A stretch of 47,639 bases of DNA from Caecitellus pseudoparvulus (Eukaryota > Protista > Bigyra: Bicosoecida). Location of the stretch: assembly GCA_965644315.1 (NCBI GenBank), contig CBFFRQ010000001.1, positions 1 through 47,639 of the forward strand, written 5' to 3'. A program made the translations under genes and the position numbers. The notes below the pieces were generated by a model. The model did no database searches, was not told where the DNA came from, and was given only the letters and a program-made list of their open reading frames with translations. Positions 31,001 to 43,400 of this stretch are shown piece after piece (position 1 is the stretch's first letter; the number at the start of each line of letters is the position of its first letter).

Positions 31001-33249
31001 CCGCAGCTTTGGGCAGTGTTGAGGCTCGCATGTCTCAAGCCGCTGACGACGCTGCCTTCGCCAAGGAACAAGCGCTGAAGGCTGCGCGAGTGAAGGCAGA
31101 GGAAGACCGGGCGGCTCATGGCCAGCGCATCGCGGCGCAGAAGGAGAAAGAGGCCGCAGCCGAGCTGAAAGCCGCACAGGACGCGTGGGAGCAGGCAAAA
31201 CAGGAGGAGATTCTTGACTTGCGGCAAGAGTACGACGCTCGGTTCCAGGAGTTCGAGCGGGAAAGCAAGAACATGCAAGACGAAGTCGTGTCCACGATGG
31301 CCAGCAAACACCGGGACGCCATGGAGACAGCCTTCTCCAAAGCCTTGACTGACAGGGAGAACGCCCTCAAGGCAGTCGTGGAGGAGAAAGTGAAGGCCAT
31401 CGCGGATGCAGAGGCGAGGGCAAGGGCTGAGGTGAACGCCGCCCGGGAGGCTGCCACTGAGATCCTGGAGAAGATGAAGGAGGAGTATGCGACGTGCCTG
31501 AAGGACGCAGAGGCGACGTGGGCCCAAGAGAAGGCAACAGCTGTAGAAGCCGCCATTGAGCAAGCCCAGTCCACTGCCAAGGACACCATGGCAGAGACGC
31601 AGGCGGTTTGGCAGCGGCGGCTGGAGGAGGTGGTCACGGCGAAGGAAGCGGAGATGCTGGCCGCCGTCATGGACATCAAGGCTGAAGCGACGCGACTCAC
31701 GGAGCAGCACGCCCAAAACATGGAGCTGTTGAGCATGCAAGGGGAGGACGTCCGCGTCAAGCTGCTGACGCAGCATGCGAAGGAGCTAGCTCAGGCCATC
31801 CAGTCAACGCTGGAGGCTGCCGAGGCGGAGAAGGCTGCAGCGCTGGCCGCCTTCAACCGAGAGTGGGAGAAGCGCCTGCAGGAGCGCGAGCAGGAGCTGG
31901 AGGCGCAGCACCAAGAAGCCATGGCATCCATCCGGTCCCAGTACGCAGACGAAATGGAAGCCGCCATGAACGAAATGGAGCAGCAGCGCCTGGCTGCGCT
32001 GAACGCGTTCATGGAGGAAACCAAGGCCGAGCGGGCCAAGATGGCCGCTGAAATGGACCGACGCATCGCCGAAGCTGTGGACAAAGCGGAGCAAGCTGCC
32101 CAGCTGCGCCTGGAGAGTGCCATGCAGCAGGCCGAGGAGGAGCGCCTCGCCTCCATCGAGGACACGCTGCAGAAGGCCGCCATCGAGCGAGCCGAGGCAG
32201 TGGAGGTCGTGCGGCGACAGGCCGCGGAAGAGCAGGAAGAGGCTATGGAGGAGCTCCGGGAGGAAAGCGAGAAGCTACTCGGCAGCATTGAGGGCGCCAT
32301 GAACAAGCTGCGGGAAGAGCGTGACTTGACGGAGGAAGAGTGCGCAGAGCTGCGGGAGCAGCTGGAGGCCCAGGATGAGCTGGCCTTCAAGCTCCGGAAG
32401 GAGATCGAGAACCTCCGCAAGGCCGGCGTGCTGCAAGGCCTGAAGCTCGTGCACGTCGTCGCGCATGACTTGAAGAAGTTCAGGGACATGGTGCAGCGCA
32501 AGGACAATGAGCGTGCCCAGGCGTTGGAGCGCCTGGAGGCTGAGTGGGCGGCAAAGGTGGAGAGCCTCGAAGGGCAACTGCAGGACGAAAAGGACCGCGT
32601 GCACGAGTTGCTGCTCATGCAGCAGTCCTTGTTCGAAACCCTCACGGCCCACAAGCGGGAGCTGCTGCTGGAGCACAAGGTGCAGAGCACGGTGCTGCAG
32701 AACGAGCTGGCCGAAGTGTACGATCGAAAGCAAGCCCTGCAAGAGAAGCACGAGAACCTCCAAAAGGGTATGGGTCTCATGGAAGGGCAGATTCGCCAGC
32801 TTGAAATCGAGATGCAAGAGCTATCTCGGCAGAGCATCCTGCAAGATGGCAAGGTGAACGTCGCGTTGACCCGCAAGAAGAAACGCGTGGACCGCGACAT
32901 GGACGCCATGATCATCAAAGTGTCTGAGCAGAAGGACAAGCTTACTGCTGCAGAAGCACAGATGGAAGCTGCTGAGGACGAACGCGTCGAGAAGGAGGAG
33001 GAACTGAAGTACGTGGAAGCACAGCTGGTAAACACACTCATTGAGCAGCAGCGCAAGCTGATGGGGGTGCTACAAAGTGTCAGTGTTGACCCCCGAAAGT
33101 ACGGCCTGGACTACATGCAGGCCATGGACAGTGACAGTGTCTTTGACGCTGCAGCCCAGGCTGCGCCCGCTGACTCCGCCCCTGAAGCAGCGCCAGAGGC
33201 CAAAGTGCAGGAAGATGATTCGGATGACGGCGAGGTTGTCAGTGGGTAA
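25060..33249 (+). CDS. Giant coiled-coil protein (about 2,600 aa) with a small globular N-terminal domain encoded by several short exons
   Basis: 7.8-kb ORF rich in A/E/Q/R/K with heptad-like composition. ATG at 25060, with GT-AG signals near 25177, 25380 and 25561 linking short 5' exons. Confidence 0.8.
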
Positions 33250-33557
33250 GCGTTAGGGTAAGGGTGTGTGCTGAGAGGGCGTCACATCGGTGTGGTCATC
33301 TCGGCGGGGAGGGGGTGTCAAGTGGGTTCAGTCGTCCATCGACTGAGCGCCACGCATGGCAACCTGCACAACGGGAGGGACTCCCCGCACACCTTGGGAG
33401 AAAAGATACAATGCAAGTAGTCTGATTATTTGGCGGGGGCTTGGGGACTTGTCCCTGGACGAGCGTGCTGCTCCTGTGCTCCCGTCTGTGCTCTGTGCCG
33501 GCGAGCCTTGGCAGCTCAAACGAAGGTTGGCGCGAGGAGACCAGGCGGCGTGCTGCC

Positions 33558-34063
33558 ATGATCATCCCCGTGCACACCCACGGCGAAAAGCTCAAGTACA
33601 TGCTCATTGAGTTGCAAGGCACCTTGCGCTCTGCTGACCAAGACACACTAGACGGGCAGAGCGTCGGGACAATCTCTGTGCGGGAGGTGAGGGCTCAAAA
33701 TCCGCAGGGGTGGAAAGCGGTGGCACGCACCCTGCGCCCCTGTTGACACCGCAGGGGAAGCCGTTCATCGTGATCGGCCACCATGAGCTGGAAGGCAAGG
33801 TTCAGAAGCTGAAGGCCCCGTTGGCTGTCATGCAGAAGCTGCCCGGCAGTTCGAGTGTGCCAGCACAGTTCACCCCTGCCTCGCCCAGCACGGCTGGCGC
33901 TCCAGCCTCGCAGCCTGACGCCGCGGGTGCCGGTGTGCCGCCCACGCCTGCATTCAGCATCGTGGGCTATGTGCACGAGAAAGTCATCTTCGAGAGCAGG
34001 CCTCTGCCCATCGTGCGTGGAGGCGAGTCATCGCTGTCCAAACGCGCACGCCTGCTGTTGTAA
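33558..34063 (+). CDS. CTF8: Chromosome transmission fidelity protein 8 (Ctf18-RFC subunit); exons 33558-33686 and 33755-34063
   Basis: LIELQG, IGHHELEGKVQKLKAPLAV and KVIFESRPLPI; 68-bp in-phase intron. Confidence 0.92.
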
Positions 34064-34076
34064 CGCCACCCTCCGT

Positions 34077-34086
34077 CAATGCATTG
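34077..34086. promoter_or_regulatory. Palindromic CAATGCATTG, candidate shared 3'-end signal
   Basis: Lies in the 31-bp gap between the convergent CTF8 and MRPL4 stops. Confidence 0.5.
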
Positions 34087-34094
34087 CTGCTGCC

Positions 34095-35239
34095 TCACGC
34101 CAGCGCACTGAGCCGGCGCTCCAGCATGGCCAGCGACTCCTCAGACACGAACACGTGCTTGTGCTTGATCAGCTGTAGCGCCGTGACGTCGCGAAACGTC
34201 GCCGTGGACACCTTGGGCTGCGCCCGAGACGCGAGCAGCAGGTTGGGGTGCACTTCCTGCTCACACAGGAACAGCGCACGGCCCTCGTCGCCCTCCACGC
34301 CCCATGCTGCCAGGGCGTCCAGGAGGTCCTTGGTCTTGTGGGTGGGCGGCGCCAGGCTGGGCACGATGTGAAGTCGTCCCTCGGCCACCTTGGACGACAG
34401 CAGCACCCGCAGCCCCAGGTGCCGCACCTTGCGTGGCAGGGTGAACTTCCACGACTTGGGGCGAGGGGGGTGCGCCTTGGGTCCGCCGTACCGCCCAGGC
34501 ACCATGTTCATGCCCACACGTGCCGCGCCCCTGCCTTTTTGAGGGAACATCTTGCGGGTGGAGCCGGACACTTCCCCTCGCTTCTTGGCGCCGGGGTGGT
34601 CGGGGCGGGCCTGGGCGAGGTTCCAACGCACGACCCGGTGCACAATGTCAGATCGCATGGGGGCGTTGAACACGCTGTGCAGCAAGAGGGGGGAGGGGGG
34701 GTTGCTTTCGGCCCACGCGGCAGTGCTTCCTCGCCACGCACTGCTCAGACAGAGTCACGGTCTGGCCCGTTTCAGAGGCGTCCAGGAACTGCTTCACAGG
34801 GATGGTGCTGCGCTCGCTAAAGTGCAGGTCTGTGCCGTGACGGGTGAGGTTCAGGGCGTCATGTACGCAGTCCGAAAGAGTCGCCGCCAGCAGCGTACGC
34901 ACCAGCCGTGGCCAGGTGTGTCGGAGGCACTGCCGCAGACTGAGGCGGCTGCAGAACACTGGGGTCGTCCAAGATGAGGTTGGGCGGAAGCTCCACTGTG
35001 CTCTGAGCTGACGCCGCTGCCTCTTGCAGGGCGGTGTGAGACATGCTGATGCCCCGCACCTGCGGAATTGGAAGCACGAACCAGTCCAGCCAACCGCCGC
35101 GATTCCCGGCACACGCGACGGGCAACGCGCGGAATTCGGGGCGTCCTTGGAGTTGGAAACTTACAGGCATCCACTGGGTGCGTGCTGTAAGCCCCAGGTT
35201 TGCCCGGCGAAGCACGGCCACTGCCCGCGAGGCAGCCAT
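34095..35239 (-). CDS. MRPL4: Mitochondrial ribosomal protein uL4m, multi-exon
   Basis: VFNAPMRSDIVHRVVRW, KKRGEVSGSTRKMFPQKGRGAARVG, GGPKAHPPRP and LPRKVR. Presequence-like MAASRAVAVLRR followed by a GTAAGT donor. Confidence 0.9.
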
Positions 35240-35766
35240 GACTGGTTTGTGGGGCGGCTGCTGGCACGCAGCTGGCTGCAGCAATGCGGCCCAAGGTGCT
35301 GAGCCTGGCTGATATTGCAGGTACGCGATCTTGTCCATGCAAGGGACGGTTTTTGGTGCGTTTTGGGGCAGCGAGCAATGTACTGTACCCGCAGCGGGAA
35401 GCATGATCTGTCTCAACAGTGCATGCTCAAGTGACGCCTTGGCGGCGCCAGGACGCGGGAGCCTGCGAGCAGCATGGTGACAGGCAGCACATGGTGCAGT
35501 TGGTCTGGCTCCCAGTGTCACCATCGAGCAGCTCCAAGCGCCAAAACGGTCTCGTTGCAGCTGCGAAGCCAGCTCCAGCTCTTCGCTCAACTGAACCAGG
35601 CACACGCTGCACATCAACCCGCATGCGAAACCAAATCAAATCCCGCTTGCTTAACACCCCCTTGCTGCATTCCTTTGCATGTCTGCATTACCCATTTTTG
35701 CCTGCCTGCTGCGAGCAGGGCTCTGTTCAGCCAAGTGCGGAAATTGGCACGCCACTCCCAGCAGAG

Positions 35767-36586
35767 ATGGAAGAAGACAAACTCGCCGACTACTACATGT
35801 CCCTGAAGAAGGCCGCGCCCAAGCACGGGCGTGGTCTTGGCGGGGGCCCAGCCAAGCGCCTGGTGCGGGCAGGCAGCAACGCCCTGTACCGGCGATTCGT
35901 TCGGGCAGGTGAGGCAGCAGCGATGCTTGCGAGGTGGCTGTGATGCCCGCCCACCACCCGTCCCATGCACCCTCCGCACAGGCGCCCAGATTGACACATC
36001 CACGGAAGGCCTGGAAATGAAGGGCAACGAGTTCAAGGGCGCGAAGCTCACGTTCGGGGAGCCCTCCACGCCCCCTGCCCCTGCTGCGTCGGCCGGCAAC
36101 GCAGCTGCTAGCATGCCCTCCGCGAAGCGTTTCGCGGCGGTGGACTGGCGCCAAGAGGCCCTAAAGGCGGTGCAGGAGGCAGAAGGAGCTGATGCGGTGT
36201 CTGTCGCGCACTGCGCCGAGGCGGCCGTGAAGGCTGCCACGACTGCAGTCACAGGCGGCGATGACGGCAGTGAAACGCTCATTGCCAGCAGTGCCAGCGC
36301 TGTGGCAGCGCAACTGGAGCACGCTGCCCTCGTTGGCATCGTGCAGCTGGTGGCAGATGGCACGTTGGAAGCAGACCCTGCCGGTGGGGCGACGCATGTG
36401 ACTGCCTTCCCACCCGGCATGTCAGCGTATTCCCGCGTCATGGCCAGCCCAGCGACAACGCAGTTGGTGCTGCCACCACCCACCCCGAAGGTGGACGAAG
36501 CCGAGGCAGCGGCAGCCAAGAAGGCGGCAAAGAAAGCGAAGAAGGAGAAGAAAGAGAAGAAGTCCAAGAAGCGCAGCCGCGAATGA
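35767..36586 (+). CDS. Hypothetical protein with a Lys-rich C-terminal tail, probably nucleolar; intron 35909-35981
   Basis: LYRRFVRAG segment, FKGAKLTF and the tail KKAAKKAKKEKKEKKSKKRSRE; in-phase 73-bp intron. Confidence 0.65.
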
Positions 36587-36603
36587 GGCGCGGCGAAACA
36601 TGC

Positions 36604-36611
36604 AATGCATT
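36604..36611. promoter_or_regulatory. Palindromic AATGCATT, candidate shared 3'-end signal
   Basis: Lies in the 40-bp gap between the convergent Lys-rich and Zn2Cys6 gene stops. Confidence 0.5.
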
Positions 36612-36626
36612 CAAAGCAAAATCCGC

Positions 36627-38916
36627 TCAGGCTGGCGCAGTGGCGTGGCTGCTGGCTCCTGACTCCAGAGCAGGACGGGCACTGGCCTCCAGGCTGGGGC
36701 AACAGGCGCCCATGGTGATGTCGCTGCCTTCCGGCAACACCTCCATGATCGGCGCGTCGTCCCTCACGTGGGATGGGCCCATGCAGAAAACAGCTGGCTT
36801 GGAGGGTCGCCGCCGCCAGTCCTGCATGTCAGCCTGCAGCCACTCCAGCTCGGAAGGGGGGAGGGACTCCTGCACGCCCTGCACGACTCCCATCAAGCGC
36901 AGGGCGATGTTGCGGCGCGTGGGGTCGGCTGGGCAGCCGGGCGGCGGCTGTGAGCTGTCCAAATGCCGCTTGAGAGCGGAGTCACCCTTCAGCCGCATGG
37001 CAGGCTCAAGCACGAAGGTAGACAGCCCAGCAAACATCGCACGCGCATGTTTGTCAATGGAGAGGTCCTTCAGCACGCGGAGGGGGTGCTTACCAGTCCG
37101 GCGCACGGCAAGGTGCATGTGCAGGGGCGTGTCTGACGAGGGAACTGAGAGAGCTTCCAGCACGCCCACAACGCGCTCCATGTGCTGGGAAGAAGGCACA
37201 GGGGGGAGCTGTCGGGCAAACATGACGTCTGAGAAGTAGTGCGTGACTGCCAGGGGCGAGCCGTCGCGGTAGCGCTCCAAGAACTGCGTTTCGACGCCGT
37301 AAAACGACACCGAGGGTTGGTGTCCAGAATCGGCAGGTGTGGGTGGCAGGGCACGCAAGAACAAGCCCTCAAACTGAAAGGCAGAGAGGCCCATGTTCTG
37401 TGCTGCGAGAAGCGCCAGACAGCGCGGTAGCAGTGCGTCAGGGTGGAGAAATTTCTGCCCGTCCTGCATCATGGCCACAGCCGGCGGCATGAACTGCCTC
37501 GCCGCCTCCTCCGCCACACTGCGCTTGGCATCCATGGAAGGCCAGTGCTGAGCGCCGAACAGGTCCAACGCCTTCTCGCTGACAGAGTGAAAGTACGAAG
37601 ACAGTCCGTCTGGCTCCAGGCAGTGCGAAAACGCTGGAAAGTGCAAACACCGCACATGTTCATGAAACCGACTCGAGACGCTCCACGGCACAGGCGCCAG
37701 CTCGTCACGCCCCAGAGCTGCGAGAAAGCCCTCTGCGTCAGCAACCACCTCCGCGTCCGCTGAAGACAGCACGCTGGGCAAGTGTGGCCAGCGCCCAAAC
37801 AACACCTCCAACGGCACAGTCTGCATGCCAGCACACTCTGCAACGGTTCCTGCAGGCTCATCGTCGCCGCTGGCGCTCTGCTGCGCCCCACCTGGAACAC
37901 TCTGCACTGCTGCGTACCCAGCAGGACACACCGCCACCTCGTCATCCCAGTGCAAAGCGCAGAGCGTCGCTGCGAAGCCGGCGTACGTCAAGTGCACTGC
38001 ATCAAACCGCAGGGACGGCAGTGCCAGCTCTTGACTCGAACGCAGCCCATTCACTGCCCCCAGCTGCCGCTGCAGCTGCAACGGCCCTAACCACGCAGCT
38101 ATGGGTTCCACGAGGCGCACCGGAAGGGAGCGACCTGGTCCGGGGCCGGAACTGAAACGCAGCAGAGTCGCGTCGTTCCCCGAACGCAGCAGCGTGTCTA
38201 GGTGCCGCACCAGCTGCACAGGGTCAATGCCTGCTTCAGCTGCCTGCTTCAAGAAGTACCCCGTGTTGAACCGGTGCTGGGGCTTGTAGTGCTGACTGTG
38301 GCGCCAGCGGCCAGCAGCTCGCACCAGCTTGTGATCTGGAGCGTTTCCACCAGCTCCAGGGCTGCTGGAGGCGAGGCTGGAAGCAGAGCTCCAGTCACCT
38401 AGCCCCTCCTCAGGGTCGGATGTCGTGATAGAGGGTTGGGAACTCGGCGTGTCGTGTGCAGGGAGAGCATGCGGCGTGGCTACTGGGTGCTCAGCTGAGC
38501 CAGCTGCTTGCTTGGGCACCAGCGCTGCCCGCGCCTTCCAGTTCGCCTTGCGACGGGCCTGCTTCCGCGCGGCATCCCCGTCCTCACACACTATGCCCTT
38601 GGACTCGCAACGGGCGCAAGGTCGCTGTAGGGAGCAGGGAGTAGGGCACGGTGGTGCACGCAACGCGCAAATTCCGCAACACGCTCACCTTCCCGTCACA
38701 CTTGCGCTTCCCCCTTTGACATGCCAGACAGCTCGAACCTGGAGCGAGACGGGTATGGTGTGCAGTATGCTTGAGCGCCACTGCAGCCTCTTGGCCATCG
38801 TCAACATCAGGCTGGGCCGCAGCAGAAGATCGTGGCGCTGCGAGCAGCCCTGTCTGGACTGAGAAACGCCCCTCGCCGAAGCTCTCCAGCACGCCACCCC
38901 GAGGTACAGCGAGCAT
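36627..38916 (-). CDS. Zn(II)2Cys6 binuclear-cluster transcription factor; intron 38625-38688
   Basis: Splicing yields CLACQRGKRKCDGK|RPCARCESKGIVC = C-x2-C-x6-C-x5-C-x2-C-x6-C, followed by a basic linker. Confidence 0.85.
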
Positions 38917-39403
38917 CGTCAGAAGCTTCTGGATGTGGCTGGTGTTTGTGCGGCTGCCCACGTGCCGCAAGGAGTGATGGCTCCGGCAATGCTGCAAGAG
39001 CCGTCAGATCCACTTCACTTCACGGCGTGTTGGGAGCTGCAGAGCAGGTCCTGGTGTGTGGATTCGAATGCAAACGCAGGACGAGGCTGCTTGTCACTGA
39101 TGGAGAGGCTAGGGCGTATGTGATGTGCTCGGCTGTGTGCATTGGTTGTCTGGAGCTGCTGAGCCGCTTCGACTGATTGCCTGGACAAACCGTGAACCGA
39201 TGCATGTGGACAAGCAACAGCCATGCACACACCCATTCACGAAAGTGGCAGCCTACAGGCGTCCGCACATTCTGAATGTGCTGCCCCCGTTCCTTGCGTC
39301 AATCGCGCCGAGGCTGTGGAGTGCCAGCCCGTCACGTAGGTCCTGAGACGCTTGTCTCAAACTAGGCCAACGTGCTGCTGCGCGCTCCAAAGACCATTCA
39401 CAG

Positions 39404-39982
39404 TCAGTCCTGGCTGGAAGGGGTGTCACCTGCAGCCGCTGCTGCTGCAGTGGACGCTTCGGCTTCGGGCGGAGTCTGCAGCGCAGCCTTTGCGCCAGGC
39501 GAAGTTTGCACGAGCAGCCCGAGAGCCTCGGCCTCCTCCCAAACCCGAAGCAGCTCGTGCTTGGCAGTCAAGATCAAGTGCTTCGCAATGCCTTTGTACC
39601 CGTCCGTGGGCAGTCCCTGCTCGAGAGCCAACGGCACTGCATACCGGAAACGCAAGTGCCCTTCGTGCGGATTGACTTCTGCGGTGCCTTCCTCCAAAGT
39701 GCTATTCAAGTCAGCCAGCCAATCAAAAACGTCCTGCCATCGAGATGGACGCACTCGCACATCGCTTGCCGGACTGGCCATCACAGACAGCAGCGCGTCC
39801 CTCACGACCGACACGGCAACGCAGAATGCGCGCCCATCCTCCTCGAAGCACACCAGCAAGCCCCCCTCCTCCGTGCTCTCGTACAGCAACGAAAGCTCAT
39901 CCAAAGCCTGTGCTATGAGGATTCTCCATTGCCGTGCAGTAGCCAGAACGATCGCCTCGTGGACGTACGTCTGAAGCCACAC
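39404..39982 (-). CDS. YbjN-like (type III chaperone fold) domain protein, last exon; upstream exons probably extend to about 40255
   Basis: LDELSLLY...DVFDWLADLNSTLEEGTAEVNPHEGHLRFRYAVPL resembles the YbjN pattern L-N-x5-G-x-x-x-x-[DN]-x3-G-x-[LI]-x-F-R. A CTTCAG acceptor lies near 39971. Confidence 0.5.
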   Translation of the reverse strand: MWLQTYVHEAIVLATARQWRILIAQALDELSLLYESTEEGGLLVCFEEDGRAFCVAVSVVRDALLSVMASPASDVRVRPSRWQDVFDWLADLNSTLEEGTAEVNPHEGHLRFRYAVPLALEQGLPTDGYKGIAKHLILTAKHELLRVWEEAEALGLLVQTSPGAKAALQTPPEAEASTAAAAAAGDTPSSQD

Positions 39983-40406
39983 GAAGGAGTGGGCAGTGCC
40001 TCGAACTGTCTGTGCAAGCCCCAGCCATTGCTCACGACTTTGTATGACGACTCGAAAGATCCAAAGGAGAAAACTTGAGTGGCTCGACCCCTTGAAGACT
40101 CAGGATAGGCGTGGACTTGGTGTTGTGTCTTGGAGGAACTTGTGCCAACTCTCAACTTCAGCAGAAGCTCGTCGAAGACCACCCATTCCTCCACACTATG
40201 CGCAAGCAAACCTAACCCACACAATGATGACCAAGTGAGAGTCAGATCTCTCCATGGATTTCAATGTTCCCCCCCACTATCGATGTAAACCGCGTCACCC
40301 GAGCAGCAAAGCGCGATAGCTTCTTTGCCGTTTCGTCGGAGCTGCACGAAACGACACCGACCGCGTTGGCTGACGCAGAAAGCGAGAGAGGGAGCAAGCG
40401 CGCACC

Positions 40407-43400
40407 ATGCATCGTTCCTTGTGCATTGCACTGCTTTTTCTATCTTGGGCCCTGCAAGTTTCTTCAGGGGGGCTCTACGTCGAGCAGCATGGCTTGCCGT
40501 CGGCTGGCGGGAGTGCTTGCGACAGAAATGCGCCAGTGAACTCTGCTGCACGATGTCTTGCACGGCAGCCGACGCTGCATCGCGCATTTAGCGTGAAGCT
40601 CGGTCCCACCCATGCCACGAGCACTCCCCCACTGCGTCGAGCGCTGTTTCAGGCGCCTGCGCATTTGGGCAAAGGTGAGCGAGGTCGCTGCGCGCTCCTG
40701 GACACTGACTGCGTTCCCAGCCCACAGAGATGCACCAGCGCAAACTACTGCAATTTCTGTTGTACAGACTTGCCGTTTGAAGATGTCGACGCCATCCTGG
40801 ATCATGACGTCAACGCCATCAACGCCTCGCACCCTGCGCTGCTGGCGGCTGCTGCCGCCATCAACGCCAGCATGGCCATCTCAGGACTGGGCAGCGCCAT
40901 GGACCTCGGGGCAGACTACGACGGCGACGGGGCCCGGGACTGGATCCTGGGTGCGCCTCTACTTGCTGTGGGGGGACGGCGGGTGGGTGGCGTGTTCTTC
41001 CTCTCGGCAATGGGCGGTCCACGAGGCGTACCGGCTGAGCGCTTGTGGCAGGCTGGAGATGACTTGGCGGTGTCCAACGTCAGTATTGTGTCCCTGACCT
41101 CCACAGCTGGCAGTGCCAACATCTCAGAGCTGGGAGGCACCAGCTTCAAGCCTGCCTTTGGCGCGTCAGTGGCTGTGTTGGGGGATGTGGACAGCAACGG
41201 GTGGCCTGATGTGGCGGTGGGCGCGCCAGGGGACGTGTTCGGGAAGGACGCCAGCGGTGGGCGGGTGTTCATCCTGTTCATGAGTCCAGGGCCACGTGTG
41301 CTGCGGTACACTGTCCTGGACCGCAAGACTGTGCCTGGTCTGCGGCCCAGCGCTTACATCGGGCAAGCTCGCCTGGGCCACAGCGTCGTGGGGCTGCGCG
41401 ACCTGAACTCGGACGGTGTGCCTGACCTCGCCATAGGCGCGCGCACCACACGGCACACCTGGCTTCGGGTGCCGTTTGCCCGGGGCCCTGAGGTGCTGGT
41501 GGTATTCTTGGACCAGTACGGGCACGCCCGCAACGTGACACACCTGCACAACCTCGTTGAGGGCGGAGGACACCAGTACAGCCCCTTCAACCCCCAGGCC
41601 GAACACTGGGGCGAAAGACCACCCCGCAGGCCAGACGGCACGACATTTGATCGGCAGTACAACGAGCACCACGATGATTGGTTCGGGCTGAGTCTGGCGT
41701 ACTTGGGGCGAGGCGTGCTGGCTATTGGTGCTCCAGGCCGCCGCAACGCGGATCGCGCCATGCGCAGTCTGGACGGAACAGTCGTGTTGCTGACGTTGAG
41801 CCCCACTGGCATGCCTACACAGCTGCACTTGATTGACAACGGCGCCTTTCACGACTTGCAGCTGGCCAAGGCGGATGAGAACCCTCAAATTCGCAATGGT
41901 CTGGGCATGTCCTTGGCCGCTGTGCCGCCTGCCAACGGCGATGGCACGATGGACTTGCTCATTGGCGCGCCGCCCACTGCGCTGCTGGTGCCGTTGGATG
42001 ATGCCTTTCGGCCCAGTGGGGAGTACTTCAGCCTGAGCCACGAAGGCGTGCTGTGGCGCCCCAACGCGACTCTGGGGGACACCGTGCCATCTGCACTGCA
42101 GGGGCTGCGCGAAGGGTCAACTCCAGGCGCGTGGCAGACCTGGGCAGCTGGCATGGTGGCGGCCTGGACGAGGGATGCAGCGCCCCCTGCTCTGGCTGGG
42201 CGGGAGGCGGAGCCGCCACAGCTGAATGCTGCGCTGCAGCTGGCCATCAGCTTGCCAGGTGTGTTGTGGAGCGAAGAGCGACCCACTCGACAATGTGGCT
42301 CCTATTTGCCAACGTACTCGATTACTTGGACCTCGACTTCCCCTGGCTATTGTCCTTCCACGTCAACTGTTGATCCCGACAGTGCGCCTGAGTTTGCTGA
42401 GTCCATCCTCTTCACAGCCCTGCGCTTTCCTCCTGCACCAACACTGGCGTCGCAGTTGGGAGGCGACGAAGTGCAAGGGCCAGCTGTGCTGCTCACGACC
42501 CCCACATTCATTGCACCTGCCGTGGAGGAGGCTCTCCTTCCCAATACTAGCAATTCTGAATCGCTACCACTTCATGATCGCTGGGAGTACGCTGAGGAGG
42601 CAGTGTTTGGCTCCAGTGTGCTTGCGCTGCCGTTCTTGACCGAAGCGCCTTGGCCATCTTGGCTGGAACCTCAGGGTGACGGAGTTCCCTCTAACAATGA
42701 CAATCTGCCGTGGGAGGAGGGGCATGCAGGAGAGTGGCACAAGAAAGGCATACGCATCCTGATGATTGGCGTGGAATATATTGGAAATGTCAGTACTGGC
42801 ACAGTGGGGCTGCTGCAAGTGGCGTACGATGCGACCGCACGCCAAGTGATCGCATCCCACATGCTGGCAGTGAATCAGAGCGCTGTGAACTCGGAGACAC
42901 CGAACGAAGGCATAGCTGGAAGCTTGACAGGCTTTGGCCGCTGCATGGCGTTTGTGCGCTACCACCTCGACGATGGGCGGGACTGGAACGCGCCACGTGG
43001 AATGGGCAGGTTGCTGATTGGCGCTCCAGACACACAGCTGGCCAACTCCACACAGCAAGGAGCCATCGTATCGGTGAACTTGATTGGATACCAGGCCATG
43101 CCACAATCAGATTCAAGTGGCGGGACCCTAGTGGTCTCTCCCCAAATGTTCACGAGCGTTGAGCCTAACATCGGCCCCATTGCTCACGCAATGACTGTTA
43201 TCAGGAACCCGCAGCAGGACAGTCAGCAGCAATCTGAAATTGCTGTGATCTCTTCGCCAAGCTCAAACACCTCCACTCCGCATGCCGCACTTGTCTTCTT
43301 GGAGTCATTTGAAAGCGACACTTTTCGGCTTCACTGGCCGGAAGGTCCGCCGCCTGTTTGTTCGTCTGCGCCAGATGGCTTGACTCGCTTCGGCACGTCA

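Noticed and set aside
25776-33056. Multiple Ser/Cys-rich minus-strand ORFs
   Set aside because: Expected antisense readings of Glu/Gln/Ala codons in the coiled-coil gene.
33253-33264. TTAGGG-TAAGGG telomere-like sequence
   Set aside because: Only one perfect unit; compatible with chance.
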